Source of the DNA: Squalus acanthias
Lineage: Eukaryota
Reading direction: 5' to 3'
Length of the DNA: 64,000 nt
Assembly (NCBI GenBank): GCA_030390025.1
Contig: CM059431.1
Location: 144,524,001-144,588,000, forward strand
This document shows positions 37,601-52,600 of this stretch, in pieces. Position 1 is the first letter of the stretch, and each line of letters opens with the position of its first letter. The translations under genes were made by a program, and so were the position numbers. The notes beneath the pieces were generated by a model, which saw nothing but the letters and a program-made list of their open reading frames with translations, was not told the DNA's origin and did not search any database.

Positions 37601-40600
37601 CGGGTTCCCACAATCTGCCAGATCCCAGTCCCACGGGTTGCCGCAATCTGCCAGATCCCAGTGCCACGGTTTCCCGCAATCTGCTAGATCCCAGTCCCAC
37701 GGGTTCTCGCACTGTACCAGATCCCAGTCCCACGGGTTCCCACAATCTGCCAGATCACAGTCCCACGGGTTCCCACACTCTGCCTGTTCCCTACCCACGG
37801 GTTCCCACACTCTGACAGATCCCAGTCACACGGGTTCCCGCACTCTGCCAGATCCCATTCTCACGTGTTCCCACAATCTGCCAGATCCCAGTCTCACGGG
37901 TTCCCGCACTCTGCCAGATCCCAGTCCCAAGGTTTTCCCGTACTCTGCCAGATCCCAGTCCCACGGGTTCCCGCACTCTGCCAGATCCCAGTCCCAAGTT
38001 TTTCCCACACTCTGCCAGATCCCAGTCCCACGGGTTCCCGCACTCTGCCAGACCCCATTCCATCGGGTTCCCACACTCTGGCAGATCCCAGTCCCACGGG
38101 TTCCCGCATTCTGCCAGATCCCAGTCCCAAGTGTTCCCGCATTTTGCCAGATCCCATTCCCACTGGTTCCCGCACACTGCCAGATCCCATTCCATCGGGT
38201 TCCCACACTCTGCCAGATCCCAGTCCCACGGGTTCCCACAATCTGCCAGATCCCAGTCCCACGGGTTCCCACACTCTGCCAGATGCCAGTCCCAAGGTTT
38301 CCCGCACTCTGCCAGGTCCTAGTCCCACGGGTTTCCGCACTCTTCCAGGTTCCATCCCACGGGTTGCCGCAATCTGCCAGATCCCAGTCCCACGGTTTCC
38401 CGCAATCTGCCAGATCCCAGTCCCACGGGTTCCCGCACTCTGCCAGATCCCAGTCCCACGGGTTCCCACACGCTGCCAGTTCCCAGTCTCACGGGTTCCC
38501 GCACTCTTCCAGGTTCCATCTCACGGGTTCGCACACTCTGCCAGATCCCAGTCCCACGGGTTCCCACACGCTGCCAGATCCCAGTCCCAAGGTTTTCCCG
38601 CACTCTGCCAGATTCCAGTCCCACGGGTACCCGCATTTTGCCAGATCCCAGTTCTACGGGTTCCCGCATTTTGCCAGTTCACAGTCCCACGGGTTCCCGC
38701 ACTCTGCCAGATCCCAGTCCCACGGGTTCCCACACTCTGCCAGATTCCGGTCCCACGTATTCCCACACTCTGCCAGATCCCAGTCCCACGGGTACCCGCA
38801 TTTTGCCAGTTCCCAGTCCCACGGGTTCCCGCAATCTGACAGATCCCAGTCTCACGGGTTCCCACACGCTGCCAGTCCCCAGTCTCACGGGTTCCCGCAC
38901 TCTGCCAGATTACAGTCCCACGGGTTCCCACACTCTGACAGATCTCATTCCCACGGGTTCCCGCACTCTGCCAGTTTCCAATCCTACGGGTTCCCACACT
39001 CTGCCAGATCCCAGTCTCACTTGTTCCCACACTTTGTCCGATCCCAGTCCCACGGGTTCCCGCACTCTTCCAGGTTCCATACCACGGGTTTCCGCACTCT
39101 TCCAGATTCCATCGCACGGGTTGCCGCAATCTGCCAGTTCCCAGTTTCATGGATTCCCGCGCTCTGCCAGATCCCAGTCCCAAGGTTTTCCTGTACTCTG
39201 CCAGATCCCAGTCCCACGGGTTCCAACAATCTGCCAGATCCCAGTCGAAGGTTTTCCCACACTCTGCCAGATCCCAGTCCCACGGGTATCCGAACTCTGC
39301 CAGATCCCAGTCCCAAGGTTTTCCCGCACTCTGCCAGATCCCAGTCCCACGGGTTTCCGCACTCTGCCAGTTTCCAGTCCCACGTATTCCCACACTCTGT
39401 CGGCTTCCAGTCACACTAGTTCACACACTCTGCCAGTTTCCAGTCCCACCGGTTCCCACAATCTGCCAGATCCCAGTCCCACGGGTTCCCACACTCTGTC
39501 AGATCCCAGTCCCACGTATTCCCACAATCTGCCAGATCCCAGTCCCACGGGATCCCGCACTCTACCAGATCCCAGTCCCACGGGTTTCCGAAATCTGTCA
39601 GATCCCAGTCCCACGGGATCCCGCACTCTGCCAGATCCCAGTCCCACCGGTTCCCACAATCTGCCAGTTCCCAGTCCCACGGGTACCCGCACTCTGCCAG
39701 ATCCCAGTCCCACGGGTTCCCGCATTCTGCCAGATCCCAGTCCCACGGGTTCCCGCATTTTGCCAGATCCCAGTCCCACTGGTTCCCACACTCTGCCAGA
39801 TCCCATTCCATCGGGTTCCCGTACTCTGCCAGATCCCAGTCCCACGGGTTCCCACACTCTGCCAGATCCCAGTCCCACGGGTTCCCACACTCTGCCAGAT
39901 CCCATTCCATCGGGTTCCCACACTTTGGCAGATCCCAGTCTCACGGGTTCCCGCACTCTGCCAGATCCCAGTCCCACGGGTTCCCACACTCTGCCAGATC
40001 CCAGTCCCACGGTTTCCCAGACTCTGCCAGATCCCAGTCTCACGGGTTCCCACACTCTGCCAGATCCCAGTCCCACGGGTTCCCGCACTCTGCCAAATCC
40101 CAGTCCCACGGGTTCCCGCACTCTGCCAGATTCCAGTAACACGGGTTCCCACACTCTGCCATTTTCCAGTCTCACGGGTTCCCACACTCTGCCAGATTCC
40201 AGTAACACGGGTTCCCGCACTCTGCCAGATCCCAGTCCCACGGGTTCCCACACTCTGCCAGATCCCAGTCTCACTTGTTCCCACACTTTGTCAGATCCCA
40301 GTCCCACAGGTTCCCGTACTCTTCCAGGTTCCATACCACGGGTTCCCACAATCTGCCAGATCCCAGTCTCACGGGTTCCCGCACTCTGCCAGATCCCAGT
40401 CCCAAGGTTTTCCCGTACTCTGCCAGATCCCAGTCCCACGGGTTCCCGCACTCTGCCAGATCCCAGTCCCACGGGTTCCCGCACTCTGCCAGACCCCATT
40501 CCATCGGGTTCCCACACTCTGGCAGATCCCAGTCCCACGGGTTCCCGCATTCTGCCAGATCCCAGTCCCAAGTGTTCCCGCATTTTGCCAGATCCCATTC

Positions 40601-43600
40601 CCACTGGTTCCCGCACTCTGCCAGATCCCATTCCATCGGGTTCCCACACTCTGCCAGATCCCAGTCCCACGGGTTCCCACAATCTGCCAGATCCCAGTCC
40701 CACGGGTTCCCACACTCTGCCAGATCCCAGTCCCAAGGTTTCCCGCACTCTGCCAGGTCCTAGTCCCACGGGTTTCCGCACTCTTCCAGGTTCCATCCCA
40801 CGGGTTGCCGCAATCTGCCAGATCCCAGTCCCATGGTTTCCCGCAATCTGCCAGATCCCAGTCCCACGGGTTCCCGCACTCTGCCAGATCCCAGTCCCAC
40901 GGGTTCCCACACGCTGCCAGTTCCCAGTCTCACGGGTTCCCGCACTCTTCCAGGTTCCATCTCACGGGTTCGCACACTCTGCCAGATCCCAGTCCCACGG
41001 GTTCCCACACGCTGCCAGATCCCAGTCCCAAGGTTTTCCCGCACTCTGCCAGATTCCAGTCCCACGGGTACCCGCATTTTGCCAGATCCCAGTTCTACGG
41101 GTTCCCGCATTTTGCCAGTTCACAGTCCCACGGGTTCCCGCACTCTGCCAGATCCCAGTCCCACGGGTTCCCACACTCTGCCAGATTCCGGTCCCACGTA
41201 TTCCCACACTCTGCCAGATCCCAGTCCCACGGGTACCCGCATTTTGCCAGTTCCCAGTCCCACGGGTTCCCGCAATCTGACAGATCCCAGTCTCACGGGT
41301 TCCCACACGCTGCCAGTCCCCAGTCTCACGGGTTCCCGCACTCTGCCAGATTACAGTCCCACGGGTTCCCACACTCTGACAGATCTCATTCCCACGGGTT
41401 CCCGCACTCTGCCAGTTTCCAATCCTACGGGTTCCCACACTCTGCCAGATCCCAGTCTCACTTGTTCCCACACTTTGTCCGATCCCAGTCCCACGGGTTC
41501 CCGCACTCTTCCAGGTTCCATACCACGGGTTTCCGCACTCTTCCAGATTCCATCGCACGGGTTGCCGCAATCTGCCAGTTCCCAGTTTCATGGATTCCCG
41601 CGCTCTGCCAGATCCCAGTCCCAAGGTTTTCCTGTACTCTGCCAGATCCCAGTCCCACGGGTTCCAACAATCTGCCAGATCCCAGTCGAAGGTTTTCCCA
41701 CACTCTGCCAGATCCCAGTCCCACGGGTATCCGAACTCTGCCAGATCCCAGTCCCAAGGTTTTCCCGCACTCTGCCAGATCCCAGTCCCACGGGTTTCCG
41801 CACTCTGCCAGTTTCCAGTCCCACGTATTCCCACACTCTGTCGGCTTCCAGTCACACTAGTTCACACACTCTGCCAGTTTCCAGTCCCACCGGTTCCCAC
41901 AATCTGCCAGATCCCAGTCCCACGGGTTCCCACACTCTGTCAGATCCCAGTCCCACGTATTCCCACAATCTGCCAGATCCCAGTCCCACGGGATCCCGCA
42001 CTCTACCAGATCCCAGTCCCACGGGTTTCCGAACTCTGTCAGATCCCAGTCCCACGGGATCCCGCACTCTGCCAGATCCCAGTCCCACCGGTTCCCACAA
42101 TCTGCCAGTTCCCAGTCCCACGGGTACCCGCACTCTGCCAGATCCCAGTTCCACGGGTTCCCGCATTCTGCCAGATCCCAGTCCCACGGGTTCCCGCATT
42201 TTGCCAGATCCCAGTCCCACTGGTTCCCACACTCTGCCAGATCCCATTCCATCGGGTTCCCGTACTCTGCCAGATCCCAGTCCCACGGGTTCCCACACTC
42301 TGCCAGATCCCAGTCCCACGGGTTCCCACACTCTGCCAGATCCCATTCCATCGGGTTCCCACACTTTGGCAGATCCCAGTCTCACGGGTTCCCGCACTCT
42401 GCCAGATCCCAGTCCCACGGGTTCCCACACTCTGCCAGATCCCAGTCCCACGGTTTCCCAGACTCTGCCAGATCCCAGTCTCACGGGTTCCCACACTCTG
42501 CCAGATCCCAGTCCCACGGGTTCCCGCACTCTGCCAAATCCCAGTCCCACGGGTTCCCGCACTCTGCCAGATTCCAGTAACACGGGTTCCCACACTCTGC
42601 CATTTTCCAGTCTCACGGGTTCCCACACTCTGCCAGATTCCAGTAACACGGGTTCCCGCACTCTGCCAGATCCCAGTCCCACGGGTTCCCACACTCTGCC
42701 AGATCCCAGTCTCACTTGTTCCCACACTTTGTCAGATCCCAGTCCCACAGGTTCCCGCACTCTTCCAGGTTCCATACCACGGGTTCCCACACTCTGACAG
42801 ATCCCAGTCACACGGGTTCCCGCACTCTGCCAGATCCCATTCTCACGTGTTCCCACAATCTGCCAGATCACAGTCTCACGGGTTCCCGCACTCTGCCAGA
42901 TCCCAGTCCCAAGGTTTTCCCGTACTCTGCCAGATCCCAGTCCCACGGGTTCCCGCACTCTGCCAGATCCCAGTCCCACGGGTTCCCGCACTCTGCCAGA
43001 CCCCATTCCATCGGGTTCCCACACTCTGGCAGATCCCAGTCCCACGGGTTCCCGCATTCTGCCAGATCCCAGTCCCAAGTGTTCCCGCATTTTGCCAGAT
43101 CCCATTCCCACTGGTTCCCGCACTCTGCCAGATCCCATTCCATCGGGTTCCCACACTCTGCCAGATCCCAGTCCCACGGGTTCCCACAATCTGCCAGATC
43201 CCAGTCCCACGGGTTCCCACACTCTGCCAGATCCCAGTCCCAAGGTTTCCCGCACTCTGCCAGGTCCTAGTCCCACGGGTTTCCGCACTCTTCCAGGTTC
43301 CATCCCACGGGTTGCCGCAATCTGCCAGATCCCAGTCCCACGGTTTCCCGCAATCTGCCAGATCCCAGTCCCACGGGTTCCCGCACTCTGCCAGATCCCA
43401 GTCCCACGGGTTCCCACACGCTGCCAGTTCCCAGTCTCACGGGTTCCCGCACTCTTCCAGGTTCCATCTCACGGGTTCGCACACTCTGCCAGATCCCAGT
43501 CCCACGGGTTCCCACACGCTGCCAGATCCCAGTCCCAAGGTTTTCCCGCACTCTGCCAGATTCCAGTCCCACGGGTACCCGCATTTTGCCAGATCCCAGT

Positions 43601-46600
43601 TCTACGGGTTCCCGCATTTTGCCAGTTCACAGTCCCACGGGTTCCCGCACTCTGCCAGATCCCAGTCCCACGGGTTCCCACACTCTGCCAGATTCCGGTC
43701 CCACGTATTCCCACACTCTGCCAGATCCCAGTCCCACGGGTACCCGCATTTTGCCAGTTCCCAGTCCCACGGGTTCCCGCAATCTGACAGATCCCAGTCT
43801 CACGGGTTCCCACACGCTGCCAGTCCCCAGTCTCACGGGTTCCCGCACTCTGCCAGATTACAGTCCCACGGGTTCCCACACTCTGACAGATCTCATTCCC
43901 ACGGGTTCCCGCACTCTGCCAGTTTCCAATCCTACGGGTTCCCACACTCTGCCAGATCCCAGTCTCACTTGTTCCCACACTTTGTCCGATCCCAGTCCCA
44001 CGGGTTCCCGCACTCTTCCAGGTTCCATACCACGGGTTTCCGCACTCTTCCAGATTCCATCGCACGGGTTGCCGCAATCTGCCAGTTCCCAGTTTCATGG
44101 ATTCCCGCGCTCTGCCAGATCCCAGTCCCAAGGTTTTCCTGTACTCTGCCAGATCCCAGTCCCACGGGTTCCAACAATCTGCCAGATCCCAGTCGAAGGT
44201 TTTCCCACACTCTGCCAGATCCCAGTCCCACGGGTATCCGAACTCTGCCAGATCCCAGTCCCAAGGTTTTCCCGCACTCTGCCAGATCCCAGTCCCACGG
44301 GTTTCCGCACTCTGCCAGTTTCCAGTCCCACGTATTCCCACACTCTGTCGGCTTCCAGTCACACTAGTTCACACACTCTGCCAGTTTCCAGTCCCACCGG
44401 TTCCCACAATCTGCCAGATCCCAGTCCCACGGGTTCCCACACTCTGTCAGATCCCAGTCCCACGTATTCCCACAATCTGCCAGATCCCAGTCCCACGGGA
44501 TCCCGCACTCTACCAGATCCCAGTCCCACGGGTTTCCGAACTCTGTCAGATCCCAGTCCCACGGGATCCCGCACTCTGCCAGATCCCAGTCCCACCGGTT
44601 CCCACAATCTGCCTGTTCCCAGTCCCACGGGTACCCGCACTCTGCCAGATCCCAGTCCCACGGGTTCCCGCATTCTGCCAGATCCCAGTCCCACGGGTTC
44701 CCGCATTTTGCCAGATCCCAGTCCCACTGGTTCCCACACTCTGCCAGATCCCATTCCATCGGGTTCCCGTACTCTGCCAGATCCCAGTCCCACGGGTTCC
44801 CACACTCTGCCAGATCCCAGTCCCACGGGTTCCCACACTCTGCCAGATCCCATTCCATCGGGTTCCCACACTTTGGCAGATCCCAGTCTCACGGGTTCCC
44901 GCACTCTGCCAGATCCCAGTCCCACGGGTTCCCACACTCTGCCAGATCCCAGTCCCACGGTTTCCCAGACTCTGCCAGATCCCAGTCTCACGGGTTCCCA
45001 CACTCTGCCAGATCCCAGTCCCACGGGTTCCCGCACTCTGCCAAATCCCAGTCCCACGGGTTCCCGCACTCTGCCAGATCCCAGTCCCACGGGTTCCCGC
45101 ACTCTGCCAAATCCCAGTCCCACGGGTTCCCGCACTCTGCCAGATTCCAGTAACACGGGTTCCCACACTCTGCCATTTTCCAGTCTCACGGGTTCCCACA
45201 CTCTGCCAGATTCCAGTAACACGGGTTCCCGCACTCTGCCAGATCCCAGTCCCACGGGTTCCCACACTCTGCCAGATCCCAGTCTCACTTGTTCCCACAC
45301 TTTGTCAGATCCCAGTCCCACAGGTTCCCGCACTCTTCCAGGTTCCATACCACGGGTTCCCACACTCTGACAGATCCCAGTCACACGGGTTCCCGCACTC
45401 TGCCAGATCCCATTCTCACGTGTTCCCACAATCTGCCAGATCCCAGTCTCACGGGTTCCCGCACTCTGCCAGATCCCAGTCCCAAGGTTTTCCCGTACTC
45501 TGCCAGATCCCAGTCCCACGGGTTCCCGCACTCTGCCAGATCCCAGTCCCACGGGTTCCCGCACTCTGCCAGACCCCATTCCATCGGGTTCCCACACTCT
45601 GGCAGATCCCAGTCCCACGTGTTCCCGCATTCTGCCAGATCCCAGTCCCAAGTGTTCCCGCATTTTGCCAGATCCCATTCCCACTGGTTCCCGCACTCTG
45701 CCAGATCCCATTCCATCGGGTTCCCACACTCTGCCAGATCCCAGTCCCACGGGTTCCCACAATCTGCCAGATCCCAGTCCCACGGGTTCCCACACTCTGC
45801 CAGATCCCAGTCCCAAGGTTTCCCGCACTCTGCCAGGTCCTAGTCCCACGGGTTTCCGCACTCTTCCAGGTTCCATCCCACGGGTTGCCGCAATCTGCCA
45901 GATCCCAGTCCCACGGTTTCCCGCAATCTGCCAGATCCCAGTCCCACGGGTTCCCGCACTCTGCCAGATCCCAGTCCCACGGGTTCCCACACGCTGCCAG
46001 TTCCCAGTCTCACGGGTTCCCGCACTCTTCCAGGTTCCATCTCACGGGTTCGCACACTCTGCCAGATCCCAGTCCCACGGGTTCCCACACGCTGCCAGAT
46101 CCCAGTCCCAAGGTTTTCCCGCACTCTGCCAGATTCCAGTCCCACGGGTACCCGCATTTTGCCAGATCCCAGTTCTACGGGTTCCCGCATTTTGCCAGTT
46201 CACAGTCCCACGGGTTCCCGCACTCTGCCAAATCCCAGTCCCACGGGTTCCCACACTCTGCCAGATTCCGGTCCCACGTATTCCCACACTCTGCCAGATC
46301 CCAGTCCCACGGGTACCCGCATTTTGCCAGTTCCCAGTCCCACGGGTTCCCGCAATCTGACAGATCCCAGTCTCACGGGTTCCCACACGCTGCCAGTCCC
46401 CAGTCTCACGGGTTCCCGCACTCTGCCAGATTACAGTCCCACGGGTTCCCACACTCTGACAGATCTCATTCCCACGGGTTCCCGCACTCTGCCAGTTTCC
46501 AATCCTACGGGTTCCCACACTCTGCCAGATCCCAGTCTCACTTGTTCCCACACTTTGTCCGATCCCAGTCCCACGGGTTCCCGCACTCTTCCAGGTCCAA

Positions 46601-49600
46601 TACCACGGGTTTCCGCACTCTTCCAGATTCCATCGCACGGGTTGCCGCAATCTGCCAGTTCCCAGTTTCATGGATTCCCGCGCTCTGCCAGATCCCAGTC
46701 CCAAGGTTTTCCTGTACTCTGCCAGATCCCAGTCCCACGGGTTCCAACAATCTGCCAGATCCCAGTCGAAGGTTTTCCCACACTCTGCCAGATCCCAGTC
46801 CCACGGGTATCCGAACTCTGCCAGATCCCAGTCCCAAGGTTTTCCCGCACTCTGCCAGATCCCAGTCCCACGGGTTTCCGCACTCTGCCAGTTTCCAGTC
46901 CCACGTATTCCCACACTCTGTCGGCTTCCAGTCACACTAGTTCACACACTCTGCCAGTTTCCAGTCCCACCGGTTCCCACAATCTGCCAGATCCCAGTCC
47001 CACGGGTTCCCACACTCTGTCAGATCCCAGTCCCACGTATTCCCACAATCTGCCAGATCCCAGTCCCACGGGATCCCGCACTCTACCAGATCCCAGTCCC
47101 ACGGGTTTCCGAACTCTGTCAGATCCCAGTCCCACGGGATCCCGCACTCTGCCAGATCCCAGTCCCACCGGTTCCCACAATCTGCCAGTTCCCAGTCCCA
47201 CGGGTACCCGCACTCTGCCAGATCCCAGTTCCACGGGTTCCCGCATTCTGCCAGATCCCAGTCCCACGGGTTCCCGCATTTTGCCAGATCCCAGTCCCAC
47301 TGGTTCCCACACTCTGCCAGATCCCATTCCATCGGGTTCCCGTACTCTGCCAGATCCCAGTCCCACGGGTTCCCACACTCTGCCAGATCCCAGTCCCACG
47401 GGTTCCCACACTCTGCCAGATCCCATTCCATCGGGTTCCCACACTTTGGCAGATCCCAGTCTCACGGGTTCCCGCACTCTGCCAGATCCCAGTCCCACGG
47501 GTTCCCACACTCTGCCAGATCCCAGTCCCACGGTTTCCCAGACTCTGCCAGATCCCAGTCTCACGGGTTCCCACACTCTGCCAGATCCCAGTCCCACGGG
47601 TTCCCGCACTCTGCCAAATCCCAGTCCCACGGGTTCCCGCACTCTGCCAGATTCCAGTAACACGGGTTCCCACACTCTGCCATTTTCCAGTCTCACGGGT
47701 TCCCACACTCTGCCAGATTCCAGTAACACGGGTTCCCGCACTCTGCCAGATCCCAGTCCCACGGGTTCCCACACTCTGCCAGATCCCAGTCTCACTTGTT
47801 CCCACACTTTGTCAGATCCCAGTCCCACAGGTTCCCGCACTCTTCCAGGTTCCATACCACGGGTTCCCACACTCTGACAGATCCCAGTCACACGGGTTCC
47901 CGCACTCTGCCAGATCCCATTCTCACGTGTTCCCACAATCTGCCAGATCCCATTCTCACGTGTTCCCACAATCTGCCAGATCCCAGTCCCACGGGTTCCC
48001 GCACTCTGCCAGAACCCATTCCATCGGGTTCCCACACTCTGGCAGATCCCAGTCCCACGGGTTCCCGCATTCTGCCAGATCCCAGTCCCAAGTGTTCCCG
48101 CATTTTGCCAGATCCCATTCCCACTGGTTCCCGCACTCTGCCAGATCCCATTCCATCGGGTTCCCACACTCTGCCAGATCCCAGTCCCACGGGTTCCCAC
48201 AATCTGCCAGATCCCAGTCCCACGGGTTCCCACACTCTGCCAGATCCCAGTCCCAAGGTTTCCCGCACTCTGCCAGGTCCTAGTCCCACGGGTTTCCGCA
48301 CTCTTCCAGGTTCCATCCCACGGGTTGCCGCAATCTGCCAGATCCCAGTCCCACGGTTTCCCGCAATCTGCCAGATCCCAGTCCCACGGGTTCCCGCACT
48401 CTGCCAGATCCCAGTCCCACGGGTTCCCACACGCTGCCAGTTCCCAGTCTCACGGGTTCCCGCACTCTTCCAGGTTCCATCTCACGGGTTCGCACACTCT
48501 GCCAGATCCCAGTCCCACGGGTTCCCACACGCTGCCAGATCCCAGTCCCAAGGTTTTCCCGCACTCTGCCAGATTCCAGTCCCACGGGTACCCGCATTTT
48601 GCCAGATCCCAGTTCTACGGGTTCCCGCATTTTGCCAGTTCACAGTCCCACGGGTTCCCGCACTCTGCCAAATCCCAGTCCCACGGGTTCCCACACTCTG
48701 CCAGATTCCGGTCCCACGTATTCCCACACTCTGCCAGATCCCAGTCCCACGGGTACCCGCATTTTGCCAGTTCCCAGTCCCACGGGTTCCCGCAATCTGA
48801 CAGATCCCAGTCTCACGGGTTCCCACACGCTGCCAGTCCCCAGTCTCACGGGTTCCCACACTCTGACAGATCTCATTCCCACGGGTTCCCGCACTCTGCC
48901 AGTTTCCAATCCTACGGGTTCCCACACTCTGCCAGATCCCAGTCTCACTTGTTCCCACACTTTGTCCGATCCCAGTCCCACGGGTTCCCGCACTCTTCCA
49001 GGTCCAATACCACGGGTTTCCGCACTCTTCCAGATTCCATCGCACGGGTTGCCGCAATCTGCCAGTTCCCAGTTTCATGGATTCCCGCGCTCTGCCAGAT
49101 CCCAGTCCCAAGGTTTTCCTGTACTCTGCCAGATCCCAGTCCCACGGGTTCCAACAATCTGCCAGATCCCAGTCGAAGGTTTTCCCACACTCTGCCAGAT
49201 CCCAGTCCCACGGGTTTCCGAACTCTGCCAGATCCCAGTCCCAAGGTTTTCCCGCACTCTGCCAGATCCCAGTCCCACGGGTTTCCGCACTCTGCCAGTT
49301 TCCAGTCCCACGTATTCCCACACTCTGTCGGCTTCCAGTCACACTAGTTCACACACTCTGCCAGTTTCCAGTCCCACCGGTTCCCACAATCTGCCAGATC
49401 CCAGTCCCACGGGTTCCCACACTCTGTCAGATCCCAGTCCCACGTATTCCCACAATCTGCCAGATCCCAGTCCCACGGGATCCCGCACTCTACCAGATCC
49501 CAGTCCCACGGGTTTCCGAACTCTGTCAGATCCCAGTCCCACGGGATCCCGCACTCTGCCAGATCCCAGTCCCACCGGTTCCCACAATCTGCCAGTTCCC

Positions 49601-52600
49601 AGTCCCACGGGTACCCGCACTCTGCCAGATCCCAGTTCCACGGGTTCCCGCATTCTGCCAGATCCCAGTCCCACGGGTTCCCGCATTTTGCCAGATCCCA
49701 GTCCCACTGGTTCCCACACTCTGCCAGATCCCATTCCATCGGGTTCCCGTACTCTGCCAGATCCCAGTCCCACGGGTTCCCACACTCTGCCAGATCCCAG
49801 TCCCACGGGTTCCCACACTCTGCCAGATCCCATTCCATCGGGTTCCCACACTTTGGCAGATCCCAGTCTCACGGGTTCCCGCACTCTGCCAGATCCCAGT
49901 CCCACGGGTTCCCACACTCTGCCAGATCCCAGTCCCACGGTTTCCCAGACTCTGCCAGATCCCAGTCTCACGGGTTCCCACACTCTGCCAGATCCCAGTC
50001 CCACGGGTTCCCGCACTCTGCCAAATCCCAGTCCCACGGGTTCCCGCACTCTGCCAGATTCCAGTAACACGGGTTCCCACACTCTGCCATTTTCCAGTCT
50101 CACGGGTTCCCACACTCTGCCAGATTCCAGTAACACGGGTTCCCGCACTCTGCCAGATCCCAGTCCCACGGGTTCCCACACTCTGCCAGATCCCAGTCTC
50201 ACTTGTTCCCACACTTTGTCAGATCCCAGTCCCACAGGTTCCCGCACTCTTCCAGGTTCCATACCACGGGTTTCCGCACTCTTCCAGATTCCATCCCACA
50301 GGTTGCCGCAATCTGCCAGTTCCCAGTTTCATGGATTCCCGCGCTCTGCCAGATCCCAGTCCCAAGGTTTTCCTGTACTCTGCCAGATCCCAGTCCCACG
50401 GGTTCCCACACTCTGCCAGATCCCAGTCCCACGGGTTCCCACACTCTGCCAGATCCCATTCCATCGGGTTCCCACACTTTGGCAGATCCCAGTCTCACGG
50501 GTTCCCGCACTCTGCCAGATCCCAGTCCCACGGGTTCCCACACTCTGCCAGATCCCAGTCCAACGGTTTCCCAGACTCTGCCAGATCCCAGTCTCACGGG
50601 TTCCCACACTCTGCCAGATCCCAGTCCCACGGGTTCCCGCACTCTGCCAAATCCCAGTCCCACGGGTTCCCGCACTCTGCCAGATTCCAGTAACACGGGT
50701 TCCCACACTCTGCCATTTTCCAGTCTCACGGGTTCCCACACTCTGCCAGATTCCAGTAACACGGGTTCCCGCACTCTGCCAGATCCCAGTCCCACGGGTA
50801 CCCACACTCTGCCAGATCCCAGTCCCACGGGTTCCCACACTCTGCCAGATCCCAGTCCCAAGGTTTCCCGCACTCTGCCAGGTCCTAGTCCCACGGGTTT
50901 CCGCACTCTTCCAGGTTCCATCCCACGGGTTGCCGCAATCTGCCAGATCCCAGTCCCACGGTTTCCCGCAATCTGCCAGATCCCAGTCCCACGGGTTCCC
51001 GCACTCTGCCAGATCCCAGTCCCACGGGTTCCCACACGCTGCCAGTTCCCAGTCTCACGGGTTCCCGCACTCTTCCAGGTTCCATCTCACGGGTTCGCAC
51101 ACTCTGCCAGATACCAGTCCCACGGGTTCCCACACGCTGCCAGATCCCAGTCCCAAGGTTTTCCCGCACTCTGCCAGATTCCAGTCCCACGGGTACCCGC
51201 ATTTTGCCAGATCCCAGTTCTACGGGTTCCCGCATTTTGCCAGTTCACAGTCCCACGTGTTCCCGCACTCTGCCAGATCCCAGTCCCACGGGTTCCCACA
51301 CTCTGCCAGATTCCGGTCCCACGTATTCCCACACTCTGCCAGATCCCAGTCCCACGGGTACCCGCATTTTGCCAGTTCCCAGTCCCACGGGTTCCCGCAA
51401 TCTGACAGTCCCCAGTCTCACGGGTTCCCGCACTCTGCCAGATTACAGTCCCACGGGTTCCCACACTCTGACAGATCTCATTCCCACGGGTTCCCGCACT
51501 CTGCCAGTTTCCAATCCTACGGGTTCCCACACTCTGCCAGATCCCAGTCTCACTTGTTCCCACACTTTGTCCGATCCCAGTCCCACGGGTTCCCGCACTC
51601 TTCCAGGTTCCATACCACGGGTTTCCGCACTCTTCCAGATTCCATCGCACGGGTTGCCGCAATCTGCCAGTTCCCAGTTTCATGGATTCCCGCGCTCTGC
51701 CAGATCCCAGTCCCAAGGTTTTCCTGTACTCTGCCAGATCCCAGTCCCACGGGTTCCAACAATCTGCCAGATCCCAGTCGAAGGTTTTCCCACACTCTGC
51801 CAGATCCCAGTCCCACGGGTTCCCGAACTCTGCCAGATCCCAGTCCCAAGGTTTTCCCGCACTCTGCCAGATCCCAGTCCCACGGGTTTCCGCACTCTGC
51901 CAGTTTCCAGTCCCACGTATTCCCACACTCTGTCGGCTTCCAGTCACACTAGTTCACACACTCTGCCAGTTTCCAGTCCCACCGGTTCCCACATTCTGCC
52001 AGATCCCAGTCCCACGGGTTCCCACACTCTGTCAGATCCCAGTCCCACGTATTCCCACAATCTGCCAGATCCCAGTCCCACGGGATCCCGCACTCTACCA
52101 GATCCCAGTCCCACGGGTTTCCGAACTCTGTCAGATCCCAGTCCCACGGGATCCCGCACTCTGCCAGATCCCAGTCCCACCGGTTCCCACAATCTGCCAG
52201 TTCCCAGTCCCACGGGTACCCGCACTCTGCCAGATCCCAGTCCCACGGGTTCCCGCATTCTGCCAGATCCCAGTCCCACGGGTTCCCGCATTTTGCCAGA
52301 TCCCAGTCCCACTGGTTCCCACATTCTGCCAGATCCCATTCCATCGGGTTCCCGTACTCTGCCAGATCCCAGTCCCACGGGTTCCCACACTCTGCCAGAT
52401 CCCAGTCCCACGGGTTCCCACACTCTGCCAGATCCCATTCCATCGGGTTCCCACACTTTGGCAGATCCCAGTCTCACGGGTTCCGCGCTCTGCCAGATCC
52501 CAGTCCCACGGGTTCCCACACTCTGCCAGATCCCAGTCCCACGGTTTCCCAGACTCTGCCCGATCCCAGTCTCACGGGTTCCCACACTCTGCCAGATCCC